This document shows positions 1 through 8,524 of a DNA stretch of 64,000 bases, piece by piece (positions within the stretch are counted from its first letter, which is position 1; every line of letters begins with the position of its first letter). The translations under genes and the position numbers were made by a program. Origin of the DNA: Candidatus Binataceae bacterium (lineage in GTDB: Bacteria; Desulfobacterota; Binatia; Binatales; Binataceae); assembly GCA_035493515.1 (NCBI GenBank), contig DATJID010000070.1, positions 27,264 to 91,263 of the forward strand, in the 5' to 3' direction. Under the pieces are notes generated by a model. It was not told the DNA's origin, searched no databases, and saw nothing but the letters and a program-made list of their open reading frames with translations.

Positions 1-155
1 GCGTGTGGGAAGAAGGCCAGCGCGTACTGCTCGAGATTTTCTCGCAAACCACGCTCAAAGAAATCGCCGCCTCGCGTCCCGCGCCAATACGCCTGGCGAG
101 AGTTCAGCTCGCGGCGGCTGCCGCCGACAAGCAAGCTGCGGCCGCCAAGGCCTGA
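1..155 (+). CDS. 3' end of an unidentified gene (start upstream of window)
   Basis: The frame is open from the window edge (codons from nt 3). It reads VWEEGQRVLLEIFSQTTLKEIAA...ADKQAAAAKA and ends at TGA 153-155. Third codon positions are GC-rich like the neighbouring genes. No family recognised. Confidence 0.3.
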   Translation, partial: VWEEGQRVLLEIFSQTTLKEIAASRPAPIRLARVQLAAAAADKQAAAAKA

Positions 156-221
156 CACCTCGCGGCCTCCGCCCATCACTTACCCACCGCGATCGCCGCT
201 GCCAGCCTCGATACCATCAAA

Positions 222-1403
222 TTGACCGCGGGCAAAGCATCGATGAACGAACCTCCGGACGAGTCGGTCGCGGGCGGGGCCGCACTGTTCGACGAGAAGT
301 CCTTCTACCTCGAGGAATTCTACGGCAAGAGCCTGCTCTTTGCGCTGATTCCGCCTGGCGGCGAGCGTTTGGGCGAACTCGACTCGCTGGTGCGCACGTT
401 GCGCGAGCTCGGGCGCCATCAGGCGCGGTGCATTGTGATCGTTTCTACCGACTCGCTCGCGCGGATGATACGCCGGCTCGGACGGCTCGCGCCCAGGACC
501 GAGCCTCCGGTGTTCAATCCGAGCGCGGGACTGCGTTCGCGGCCATATCCGCCGGATTCAGCGGTCTCTCAGATCTGGCGCGCGCTCAGCGCAGGGTCGA
601 TCGTGGTGGCGGCGGCCGACACCAGCAAGCCGGCTGATTTCACCGTCTTTGCGCAGGAGCTTGCGAGCCGGCTTCGGGTTTTCAAGCTCATCCTGCTCGA
701 CCGCCAAGGCGGCCTGAGCGGCAATGATGGCGCAAGGATGTCCTTCGTCGAGCTTGGCCGGATCGCGCGCGCGGTGCGCAAGCAGCGCACCGCGCGACGG
801 CGCGCGGAGTTACGCGCGGTCGCGCGCGCGCTTCGCGACGGGGTCGGATCGGTAAACCTGGTCGCGCCGCGCGAAGTATATGACGAGCTGTTCAGTTTCA
901 TCGGCACCGGTACGCTGTTCACCGAGCGCCAATACGGCTTCGTGCGGCCGATTTCGATCGACGACTTCGAGGAAGTCGAAGCGCTGATCGTGCGCGGCCA
1001 GCGCGAGGGCTATCTGCTGGCGCGCTCGCGCGAAGAAATCGCGCAACTGTTGCCATCATGCTTCGGCTATCGCGTCGGCGACGAGCATCTGGCCGGCGTC
1101 TGCTCACTGCTGACCGAGCGCTACCATCGCGAACGCGCCGGAGAAATCACCGCGCTTTACACGCTGACGCGCTTTGCCGGCGAGGGAGTCGCGGTAGAGC
1201 TGGTCAAACAAATTCTGAGCGAGGCGCGCGAGCGCCCGTTGCACTATGTCTTCGCCTGTACTGCCGAGGAACGGGCGGCGAAGTTTTTTTCCCGCCTCGG
1301 CTTTCGCCGGGTCGGCCCGCGCGACATCCCGCCGGCCAAATGGCGCGGCTACGATCGAGCGCGGATGTCGCGGCTTGAAATCTTCCGTTACGATCTCGGT
1401 TGA
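222..1403 (+). CDS. ArgA-like amino-acid N-acetyltransferase (kinase-like N-domain + GNAT)
   Basis: 393-codon ORF with an alternative ATG at 243. The N-terminal part resembles the amino-acid-kinase-like domain (FYLEEFYGKSLLFALIPPGG, VFKLILLDRQGGL). The C-terminal part is GNAT-like (YVFACTAEERAAKFFSRLGFRRV). Assigned by eye. Confidence 0.6.
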   Translation: MTAGKASMNEPPDESVAGGAALFDEKSFYLEEFYGKSLLFALIPPGGERLGELDSLVRTLRELGRHQARCIVIVSTDSLARMIRRLGRLAPRTEPPVFNPSAGLRSRPYPPDSAVSQIWRALSAGSIVVAAADTSKPADFTVFAQELASRLRVFKLILLDRQGGLSGNDGARMSFVELGRIARAVRKQRTARRRAELRAVARALRDGVGSVNLVAPREVYDELFSFIGTGTLFTERQYGFVRPISIDDFEEVEALIVRGQREGYLLARSREEIAQLLPSCFGYRVGDEHLAGVCSLLTERYHRERAGEITALYTLTRFAGEGVAVELVKQILSEARERPLHYVFACTAEERAAKFFSRLGFRRVGPRDIPPAKWRGYDRARMSRLEIFRYDLG

Positions 1404-1417
1404 ATCGCGGCCGCATC

Positions 1418-3124
1418 ATGGATTCCACCTCCGTTCCTCTCGATGCGACTACGCCCGTGGCGCGGCGTGGGAGAGCTCTCACCCGATGGCATGTATTTGC
1501 AGCCGCGGTCGTGCTCGCGACCGCGGCGCTGACGCTTCATCGTCTCGACGCGGCCAAAGTATGCGGCGCCAACGAGGCTATCGAAGGGGTCTTCGTGCAG
1601 CAGATGGTCGAGCACGGGGTGCTGCTTTTTCCGCTGGAGAACGGCAGCGCGCCGATGTACAAGCCGCCGCTGTTTCATTGGACCGCGACCGCGCTTGACC
1701 GGATTGCTCGCGTCAACCGGGTGACGGCGTTCAATTTGCGCCTGCCCTCGGCGTTTTACGCTGTTGCGGGCGTGGTGCTCACAATCCTGTTCGCCTGGAC
1801 GCCGCTCGGCGAGGGCGGCGCGATACTCGCCGGGCTGATTCTGGCCGCCTCATACCAGTACGTGAGCGAAGGACGGGTCGGGCGGGTCGATATGACGCTG
1901 ACTTTTTTCGAGACGCTCGCGATGATGAGCTGCCTTTGGATTTTGCCGCCCGGGTCCGCAGCTTCGACTTCCGCTGAGACGACATCCGCGCTCTCGGCTG
2001 GCGACATCGCGATGCGCTATTTGTTTGCGCTCGCCCTTGGTCTGGGCGTGCTGGCCAAGGGGCCAGTCGCGGTCATCCTGCCGCTCGGTACGATCTGCGT
2101 ATTCCTGCTTCGCGAGCGGCGGCTGACGGAGCTGCGCGACTTGTTTACGCCGGGCAGCCTGTTCGTCGCGACCGTGGTCAGTCTCGGATGGTACGTCGCG
2201 TGCGCGGTCGGCCAGCGCTACGGATTCCTCGGACGCCAACTGGGGAGCGAGAACTTCGGCCGCTTCTTCGGCGCGCTGGGATACATGGCGCCGTGGTATT
2301 ACCTCAAACCTCTGCTGTTGAATTCGATGCCGCTAAGCCTGCTGGTCCCGTTCGCCGCCGCCGCGGCGCTCCGCCGTCCCGGCGCGGGCTTGTGGGCCAC
2401 CGGCGCACCGGCCGAGGAGTCTCGTGCGCGCTTTGAGGCCCGCCTGTTCGCGACCTTCTGGCTGCTCACCGTGATCTTCTTCAGCGTCGCCGCGTATAAG
2501 CGGCGCGCCTATCTGCTTCCGCTGTGGCCAGCGTCCGCGTTCCTGTTGGCGTGGGGAGCGGGTGAGCTTGCGCAATGGAACCGATGGGGCCGCGCCGCCC
2601 GAAGCGGACTCGCCGCACTGTGTGCCGGGCTGGTAACGTTCAATTTCTTCTATTTGCCGCGCCATGAAGCCGCCGGATGCGGCGGCGGATCGATTCAGGC
2701 TGCGGCGGCGCAGATCAACCGCACGGTCGGCAACGACGAGCCGCTCTATCTCTATGGCTTCGGTGACGATCCGGCGCCGCTGCTGTTTTACCTCGACCGC
2801 GACGCGCCCCGGGTCGAAGGCAAACTGGGCGACGCGCCGCCCGGATATGTGATCGTGCCGCAAAGCGTATGGAATGAACACGAGAGCGAGGCGCTGGACT
2901 TGAAACCGGTGCTGAGTGTGGAAGCCGGCGGCGATAAACTGTTGCTGCTTCGGCGTGGCGGCGCAATCGGGATGATAGACCGGACGTTCCCGCGTACCGC
3001 AGCGATTTTAGCCGCGCGGAGCAAGCGTGCGAACAGCTGCATACCACCTCTTTGTTCTCGATGCGGCATCGTGCGTTGGAGGGCCCGCTGCCATATCTGT
3101 TCGAGAGCATTCACTACGAACTAA
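1418..3124 (+). CDS. Polytopic membrane glycosyltransferase, GT39/ArnT (PMT_2)-like
   Basis: Long ORF with probable ATG at 1418. It has many hydrophobic helices and the N-terminal loop motif YKPPLFHW typical of ArnT/PMT-type lipid-linked sugar transferases. Confidence 0.65.
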   Translation: MDSTSVPLDATTPVARRGRALTRWHVFAAAVVLATAALTLHRLDAAKVCGANEAIEGVFVQQMVEHGVLLFPLENGSAPMYKPPLFHWTATALDRIARVNRVTAFNLRLPSAFYAVAGVVLTILFAWTPLGEGGAILAGLILAASYQYVSEGRVGRVDMTLTFFETLAMMSCLWILPPGSAASTSAETTSALSAGDIAMRYLFALALGLGVLAKGPVAVILPLGTICVFLLRERRLTELRDLFTPGSLFVATVVSLGWYVACAVGQRYGFLGRQLGSENFGRFFGALGYMAPWYYLKPLLLNSMPLSLLVPFAAAAALRRPGAGLWATGAPAEESRARFEARLFATFWLLTVIFFSVAAYKRRAYLLPLWPASAFLLAWGAGELAQWNRWGRAARSGLAALCAGLVTFNFFYLPRHEAAGCGGGSIQAAAAQINRTVGNDEPLYLYGFGDDPAPLLFYLDRDAPRVEGKLGDAPPGYVIVPQSVWNEHESEALDLKPVLSVEAGGDKLLLLRRGGAIGMIDRTFPRTAAILAARSKRANSCIPPLCSRCGIVRWRARCHICSRAFTTN

Positions 3125-3149
3125 ACGCATAGCTGGCAGGGAACAGGTC

Positions 3150-3713
3150 ATGGACAAGATGCATTTCATCCGGATGGACCAGGGCAGCGACGAGGATTTC
3201 CAAATCCTCAAACGGGTCCATGAGACTACCCTAGCCGAACTGCCGGATCGCCTGATGGCGATGGTGAACGACCTCTCCGGCGACCAGGCCTACAACCTCG
3301 ACCGCCGCGGTCATAGCCTGCAGGCCGCGACGCGCGCGCTGCGTGATGGCGCCGGTGAGGAATTGATCGTCGTCGCGCTGTTTCATGACCTGGGCGAATC
3401 GCTCGGCCCGATGAATCACGGCGAGATCGCGGCTTCGATCCTGCGCCCTTTTATTTCAAGCGACCACTACAATCTGCTCAAGTATCACGGTCTGTTTCAG
3501 ACTTATTTTTACGCCCGCCACCTTGGGCTCGATCCCAACGCGCGCGACCAGTTCAAGCACGAGCCGTGGTATCAGCTCACCGTGGATTTCTGCGCGAAGT
3601 ATGACGAGGTCTCCTTCGACCCAGCCTATCCCAACGAACCGATGAGCACGTTCGCCCCGATGGTGCGGCGGGTGTTGAACAAGCCCTGGACTCCGCCGGG
3701 CAAGGCGGAATAA
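3150..3713 (+). CDS. HD-domain metal-dependent phosphohydrolase/oxygenase-like protein
   Basis: ATG 3150 lies in frame within track ORF 3027..3713. HD motif VVALFHDLGE, plus HSLQAATRALRDGA and HGEIAASIL spacing reminiscent of PhnZ-type HD proteins. Confidence 0.6.
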   Translation: MDKMHFIRMDQGSDEDFQILKRVHETTLAELPDRLMAMVNDLSGDQAYNLDRRGHSLQAATRALRDGAGEELIVVALFHDLGESLGPMNHGEIAASILRPFISSDHYNLLKYHGLFQTYFYARHLGLDPNARDQFKHEPWYQLTVDFCAKYDEVSFDPAYPNEPMSTFAPMVRRVLNKPWTPPGKAE

Positions 3714-3777
3714 ATCGCGGATACCGCAATGCTCGGGGGCAAAGTACCAATCTTGGCGTAATATCTAAAATACCGGC

Positions 3778-4857
3778 CTAAAATACGGGAATGATGTCGG
3801 CGGCCGTGATGTTACCTACGTCGACGCCTTCGATATCGAGTTCCGGTATCGCGGGGAATTTAATCCCCCAATCGCCCACCACCTTGCGCACCTTGGCGAT
3901 CGCCATCCGCCAGTTCTCGGCCTGGTCGTCATAGCTCAGCACGCCGAGGCCGGCCTGCCGCGCATATTGCATCAGCGCGCGATGATTGGGCAGGAAGTAC
4001 GGCGGCAGTTCCCAGAACATGTTGGGCGGCTCCCACAGGATCATCGAGAGGAACACGAAACCCGCGCGCAACTGCTTGGTAATGAGATTCTTGTAATCTT
4101 CGGTCAGTCCCGGCCAATCGTCCTCGAGCATCTTGAGGCAAATCGCCAGGTGGCGGCTCTCGTCCTGGCCGACCCGGGTGAACACGCCCTTGAAGACTGG
4201 CAGCGTGGTGCGCCGCGACATCCCGTAGAACAGGGTCGAAGCCGCGACCTCGCCCAGCAGGAATGAAGTGAACAGCACCGAGAGCGGGTACTTGTCGATT
4301 GAGTTCGAGTAGCCGCGCCAGTAGCGCGAGCCGTTGAAGGACAGCCACTGGATATTGTTGAGGGCCGCGCGCTCGACCTCGGTGCGCGCCTCGAAGCGCA
4401 GCGGGCCGCCCGGCACCAGCCGCTGAATCGCCCGCTGGCAGCACTCCTCATGATTCATCTCGTCGTGCGTGACACTGAAGAAACATTTGCGAATCGGATC
4501 TTCGGTGTGGAGCTCGTAGGAATGGATCATCGCCTTGGCGAAGACCGCCGGACCCGAGCCGTCAAAGACCGACAGCACCGCGTACCAGTACATGATGCCC
4601 ATGCGCTCTTCGGGCGTGAATTGCGCCGGATCGAGATCGTCCCAAGGCAGGTCGGAGGGGTTCCACGCCGAGCGTTTGGCCTTCTCGTAGAGCGCCGCCA
4701 GCGACTCGGTCTTGACCGGCCATTCCAGGGGGAAAATATTGTTGCGCTCGATCTCGGGGGCCGGCAGAAGGCCACCGGTGGGAATCATTAGAGGTGGAAT
4801 GACCAGATCCGATTTGCTCGAGCCGTTGCCCGACCGTGCTGGCGCTGTTTTGGCCAT
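3778..4857 (-). CDS. Ferritin-like di-iron carboxylate protein (putative oxygenase), family not recognised
   Basis: ATG at 4857 with GGAGA 9 nt upstream. Two E-x-x-H motifs (DEMNHEE and DESRHLA) sit in predicted helical segments. It lies directly downstream of, and co-oriented with, a TetR gene. Confidence 0.55.
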   Translation of the reverse strand: MAKTAPARSGNGSSKSDLVIPPLMIPTGGLLPAPEIERNNIFPLEWPVKTESLAALYEKAKRSAWNPSDLPWDDLDPAQFTPEERMGIMYWYAVLSVFDGSGPAVFAKAMIHSYELHTEDPIRKCFFSVTHDEMNHEECCQRAIQRLVPGGPLRFEARTEVERAALNNIQWLSFNGSRYWRGYSNSIDKYPLSVLFTSFLLGEVAASTLFYGMSRRTTLPVFKGVFTRVGQDESRHLAICLKMLEDDWPGLTEDYKNLITKQLRAGFVFLSMILWEPPNMFWELPPYFLPNHRALMQYARQAGLGVLSYDDQAENWRMAIAKVRKVVGDWGIKFPAIPELDIEGVDVGNITAADIIPVF

Positions 4858-5000
4858 GCTCGCGGTTCTCCAAGAAGACGCTGTAAAAAAGTAAACCGAC
4901 CGCACGGTCGATTTAATCAAACATCGCGCACCGCCGCGTACGTGTCAAGTTCCCAGGATTCGGCTGCGGCGAAATCCGGGGAATTCCGGGCGAGCCAGCC

Positions 5001-5693
5001 CTACCGCGGTCCGTGGCGCACGCTTTCCTCAACGATACCCTCGAAGATCAGCCGCGACATCGCTTCGGCTATTTGCTCGGGCCGCAAGCGCCCCTCGCGC
5101 CGGTACCATTGCGTGATCGAATTACCCATCCCGAAGATTAGCCGCGTGAGCAGGGCGGCATCGGCGCTGCGGTGAATCTGACCGCTCGCGGCGGCCTCCC
5201 TGACCAGAGCCGCGACCTCGCGATCGAAACGCCGCCGCCGCGCCATCGCCTGCCGCTCGGTCGGCGTATTGCCCTTGACCCGCTGCAAGAGCTCGACCTC
5301 ATGCGCGAATTCGAGGGTAATAATCACGCTGCGGTAAACGATATGGCGCAGGCGCTCAAGCGGCGAGCCGCTTCTCGCGCCCGGTTCCTCGAGCACGCCG
5401 AGCAGCCATTTGAACGCTCGCTTAAGCGCGCGCGCGAGCAATTCCTCCTTGCCCGAGACGTGATGGTAGAGGCTCGACTTGGTTATCCCGGTTTCGCGCG
5501 CGACGTCTTCCATTGACGCCGCTTCATAGCCGTGGCGGTTGAAGACGCGCACGGCGGCGTTGGTGACGGTTTCGATGTCGTAGGGCGCGCGATGGCTTTT
5601 CGAGGGGCGGCCGATTTTCCGCGCGCCGCGGGGCGGCGATTTGTAGGGACCGGCCGGCTTCGATCCTGAAGAGGGTCGCGCCGACCGCTTCAT
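5001..5693 (-). CDS. TetR/AcrR family transcriptional regulator
   Basis: N-terminal HTH signature: AAVRVFNRHGYEAASMEDVARETGITKSSLYHHVSGKEELL. Confidence 0.8.
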   Translation of the reverse strand: MKRSARPSSGSKPAGPYKSPPRGARKIGRPSKSHRAPYDIETVTNAAVRVFNRHGYEAASMEDVARETGITKSSLYHHVSGKEELLARALKRAFKWLLGVLEEPGARSGSPLERLRHIVYRSVIITLEFAHEVELLQRVKGNTPTERQAMARRRRFDREVAALVREAAASGQIHRSADAALLTRLIFGMGNSITQWYRREGRLRPEQIAEAMSRLIFEGIVEESVRHGPR

Positions 5694-5742
5694 GGAGTTG
5701 TCATCGCGTCAGCATCGCGGGGCGGGAGAGGACGCCACGGGC

Positions 5743-6690
5743 TTAAGCGAGCGCGGCGCGCGTGGCGGCGCCGAGCGTCGCCGCCAGCGCGTTCAGGTCG
5801 TCCATCCCGTAGAATTCGATTTCGATCCGGCCGGGCTTGCGCCCCCGTGCACGCACGATCCGGACTTTGCGCTTGAGCCCGCGCTGAATCCCATCGGCGA
5901 GCGCCGCCAGGTTGGGGTCCGTCCCGGGTCCGCCCGCCGCTGCGCCATGTGCCGCTCCGCCGCGCGCGCCGCGCCGCGCCGCTGCGGCCAGTTCCTCCGC
6001 GCCACGCGCCGAAATCCGGCCCTCGACGATTCGCCGCGCCGCCACCGTCTGCGCCTCGGCGGAGGCCATCGCGAGCAGCGGACGTGCCTGCCCGGCGCTC
6101 AACTCGCCACGCTCCAGCATTCCGAGCACCGCCGGCGGAAAGTCGAGCAGCCGGATCGCATTGCTCACGTAGGGGCGGCTCTTGCCGATACGCGCGGCAA
6201 CCTGGTCATGACTCATCGCAAAGCTGCGGGCCAGGCGCTCGAAGCCGCGCGCTTCGTCGATCGGATTCAAATCTTCGCGCATCAGGTTTTCGACCAGCGA
6301 CATCTCGAGCGCCGCATGGTCGTCGAGTTCGCGCACCACCACCGGCACCACGCCGAGGCCCGCGATACGCGCCGCGCGCCATCGCCGCTCGCCGGCCACC
6401 AGCTCGTATGGCGCGGCCGGGGGGGCCCCGCCGTCGGCCACAGGCGTCGGCCGGACCACCAGCGGTTCGATGATTCCCTGACTGCGGATCGCTTGCGCCA
6501 GCTCCTGGAGCCGCGCAGAATCGAAATGGCGACGCGGCTGCAGCGGGCTCGGCATGATCCGGTCAAGCTCGACGCTCGCGGCCCCGCTTCCATCGACTTC
6601 GGTTCGAGCCGGCGCGGCGTCGCCCGCCAGCGCGCCGTCGGTGCTTTCGATAAGTGCGTCGAGACCACGCCCCAATCCTCTCCGTATCAT
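5743..6690 (-). CDS. parB: Chromosome partitioning protein ParB
   Basis: MIRRGLGRGLDALI N-terminus, ParB box (GIIEPLVVRP, YELVAGERRWRAA) and an HTH. ATG 6690 overlaps the parA stop as ATGA. Confidence 0.9.
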   Translation of the reverse strand: MIRRGLGRGLDALIESTDGALAGDAAPARTEVDGSGAASVELDRIMPSPLQPRRHFDSARLQELAQAIRSQGIIEPLVVRPTPVADGGAPPAAPYELVAGERRWRAARIAGLGVVPVVVRELDDHAALEMSLVENLMREDLNPIDEARGFERLARSFAMSHDQVAARIGKSRPYVSNAIRLLDFPPAVLGMLERGELSAGQARPLLAMASAEAQTVAARRIVEGRISARGAEELAAAARRGARGGAAHGAAAGGPGTDPNLAALADGIQRGLKRKVRIVRARGRKPGRIEIEFYGMDDLNALAATLGAATRAALA

Positions 6691-7607
6691 CCGTTCCTCC
6701 TCTCCCGCTCCGCCGAACGCGCAAAAATGCTTCGCAAATTCCAAATGTTGCGCCTGGGCGATCCCCTGTTCGCGACTTCTTCCGGCTTGCCGTCGTTTGC
6801 GAGTTCACTCTCGGGCCGCGCAGTGGGCTGCGCCACGCCGACGCGCTCCAGCAATTCAAGCGCGAGCAGGCGATAGGCTTCTGCGCCGACCGATTTCGGA
6901 TCGTACTCGGTTACGGCGAGGCCATGGCTGGGGCTCTCGGAAATCCGCACGTTGCGCGGGATCACGGTTTGGAAGACACGCTCTGGAAAGTGCTTGTTGA
7001 CCTCGAGCGAGATCTCATGGCTCAGCCGATTGCGCGAGTCGAACATCGTCAGCACCACGCCCATCAATTCGAGTTGCGGATTCAGCACGGTGTTTACCCG
7101 GCGAATCGTGGCGAGGAGCGAACTCAAGCCTTCCAGGGCATAGTACTCGCACTGCATCGGTACCAGCACGGAATCCGCCGCGACCAGGGCGTTGAGCGTC
7201 AGCAGGCCGAGCGACGGCGGCGTATCAATTAGAACAAAGTTATATTTCTGAGCCTCTTCTGATAATTCGGACTTTAATCGGCGCTCTCGCCCTTCCATCG
7301 TTGCGAGTTCGATTTCAGCGCCGACCAGGTCTGTGCTCGCAGGTGCGAGATGGAGCGACGGCCGTGACTCGCGGATGATTTGCGCCAGCGGAATGCGATT
7401 GACGAGAGAGTCGTAGATCGTGCCCGACTTGATCGGATCGGCTGTGAGCCCTGAGGTCGCGTTACCCTGCGGGTCGAGGTCAACAAGGAGGACCTCCTGT
7501 CCCGATTGCGCCAGCGCGACGGCGAGATTGACGGCGGTGGTCGTCTTGCCGACACCACCCTTCTGATTGGCGATCGCTACGACGCGCCCCACAGCCGGCC
7601 CAACCAC
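6687..7607 (-). CDS. parA: Chromosome partitioning ATPase ParA/Soj
   Basis: Deviant Walker A motif VVAIANQKGGVGKTTTAVNLA. Translationally coupled to parB. Confidence 0.9.
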   Translation of the reverse strand: MVGPAVGRVVAIANQKGGVGKTTTAVNLAVALAQSGQEVLLVDLDPQGNATSGLTADPIKSGTIYDSLVNRIPLAQIIRESRPSLHLAPASTDLVGAEIELATMEGRERRLKSELSEEAQKYNFVLIDTPPSLGLLTLNALVAADSVLVPMQCEYYALEGLSSLLATIRRVNTVLNPQLELMGVVLTMFDSRNRLSHEISLEVNKHFPERVFQTVIPRNVRISESPSHGLAVTEYDPKSVGAEAYRLLALELLERVGVAQPTARPESELANDGKPEEVANRGSPRRNIWNLRSIFARSAERERRNG

Positions 7608-7717
7608 CTTGAGACGTCGGCGCCGGGTTACAGTCGTCGCGCCGCTCTCGACTCGATAATTGCACCGCGAAGATCATAATGCAAAAGCGGATCGCAGCGG
7701 ACGGTTAAATTGCTGAT

Positions 7718-8515
7718 TTAGCGGCGTTTCAGAGATCGATTGGAACCTACCAAAGATTTGTGCCAGAGCACGGCGGTGCGCGCCGCGACAAGCTCGCCAT
7801 GCGGCAAACGATAAGTCCATGTGATTCGATCGGCAAAGTTCTGCTTCGCCGCTCGTTCGGAGCCTTCGGCAAGGGCATCGGCAGAACCACTATCCGCCAC
7901 CTGCTCAGCGCTCGCGTACAAAAGAAGGATACCTGCGGGACGCAGCGCGGCGGCGGCGATTTCGTAGAGCTCGACCGAAGTGCCGAAGGCGCGCGCCGTC
8001 ACGAGGTCGAAGCCGCTTGCGATACTTTCCGCGCTGGCGCGGCGCCGTTCGATTTCAACGTTTGCGAGATCCATCTCCTGCGCCGTGACTTGCAGGTAGC
8101 TCGCCCGTTTGCGCCTGGCCTCGGCGAGCGTGAATCGCGCCGCAAAGGCGGCGGCGAGCACAAGACCGGGAAAGCCGCCGCCAGAACCGAGATCGAGAAC
8201 TGTCGCGTCCTTGGCCAGCGCCAGATTGAGCGCCTCGCGAGCGGCCCCAGCAGCGAACGCTACGGGCGCGAGGCTGTCTATTATATGGAAGGCAATCTCA
8301 GACGGGTCGGACGCGGCTGCGGTCAGGTTGGTATGCGCACCCCACAGGGCCAGGGCGGCAGCCATCTTTTCGATCCGTTCGAGAAAGCCGTCGCCCAGGC
8401 TCAGTGTTGTACCGTTCAACCATCGCGCCACAAGCTCGCGCACCTCGTTCGCGAGCTTCTCAATGTTGGTTTCACGTGAAACACGTGACGCTCGGCCGAT
8501 CTGCGATCGTTTCAC
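7718..8515 (-). CDS. rsmG: 16S rRNA (guanine527-N7)-methyltransferase RsmG (GidB)
   Basis: SAM motif VLDLGSGGGFPGLVLA and an N-terminal VSRET...W....NLT pattern. Position between mnmG and parA fits. The start (GTG 8515) is uncertain because it lies inside a parS site. Confidence 0.85.
   Translation of the reverse strand: MKRSQIGRASRVSRETNIEKLANEVRELVARWLNGTTLSLGDGFLERIEKMAAALALWGAHTNLTAAASDPSEIAFHIIDSLAPVAFAAGAAREALNLALAKDATVLDLGSGGGFPGLVLAAAFAARFTLAEARRKRASYLQVTAQEMDLANVEIERRRASAESIASGFDLVTARAFGTSVELYEIAAAALRPAGILLLYASAEQVADSGSADALAEGSERAAKQNFADRITWTYRLPHGELVAARTAVLWHKSLVGSNRSLKRR
8468..8483. promoter_or_regulatory. parS centromere-like site (ParB binding)
   Basis: GGTTTCACGTGAAACA matches the parS consensus TGTTTCACGTGAAACA at 15 of 16 positions and has a perfect 14-bp palindromic core. 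It lies in the 5' coding region of rsmG, next to parAB. Confidence 0.85.
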
Positions 8516-8523
8516 GTGAAACG
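8508..8523. promoter_or_regulatory. parS centromere-like site (second copy)
   Basis: CGTTTCACGTGAAACG has the same perfect 14-bp core, GTTTCACGTGAAAC. It lies 40 bp (centre to centre) from the first copy and overlaps the predicted rsmG start. Confidence 0.75.
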
Positions 8524-8524
8524 G

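Noticed and set aside
5-637. 210-aa ORF at the window start
   Set aside because: It is an Arg-rich off-frame translation overlapping the end of the upstream gene and the ArgA-like gene. It has no RBS and no motif.
5692-6876. 394-aa plus-strand ORF over parB/parA
   Set aside because: It is antisense to parB and to the parA end. It has no motifs and is a shadow ORF.
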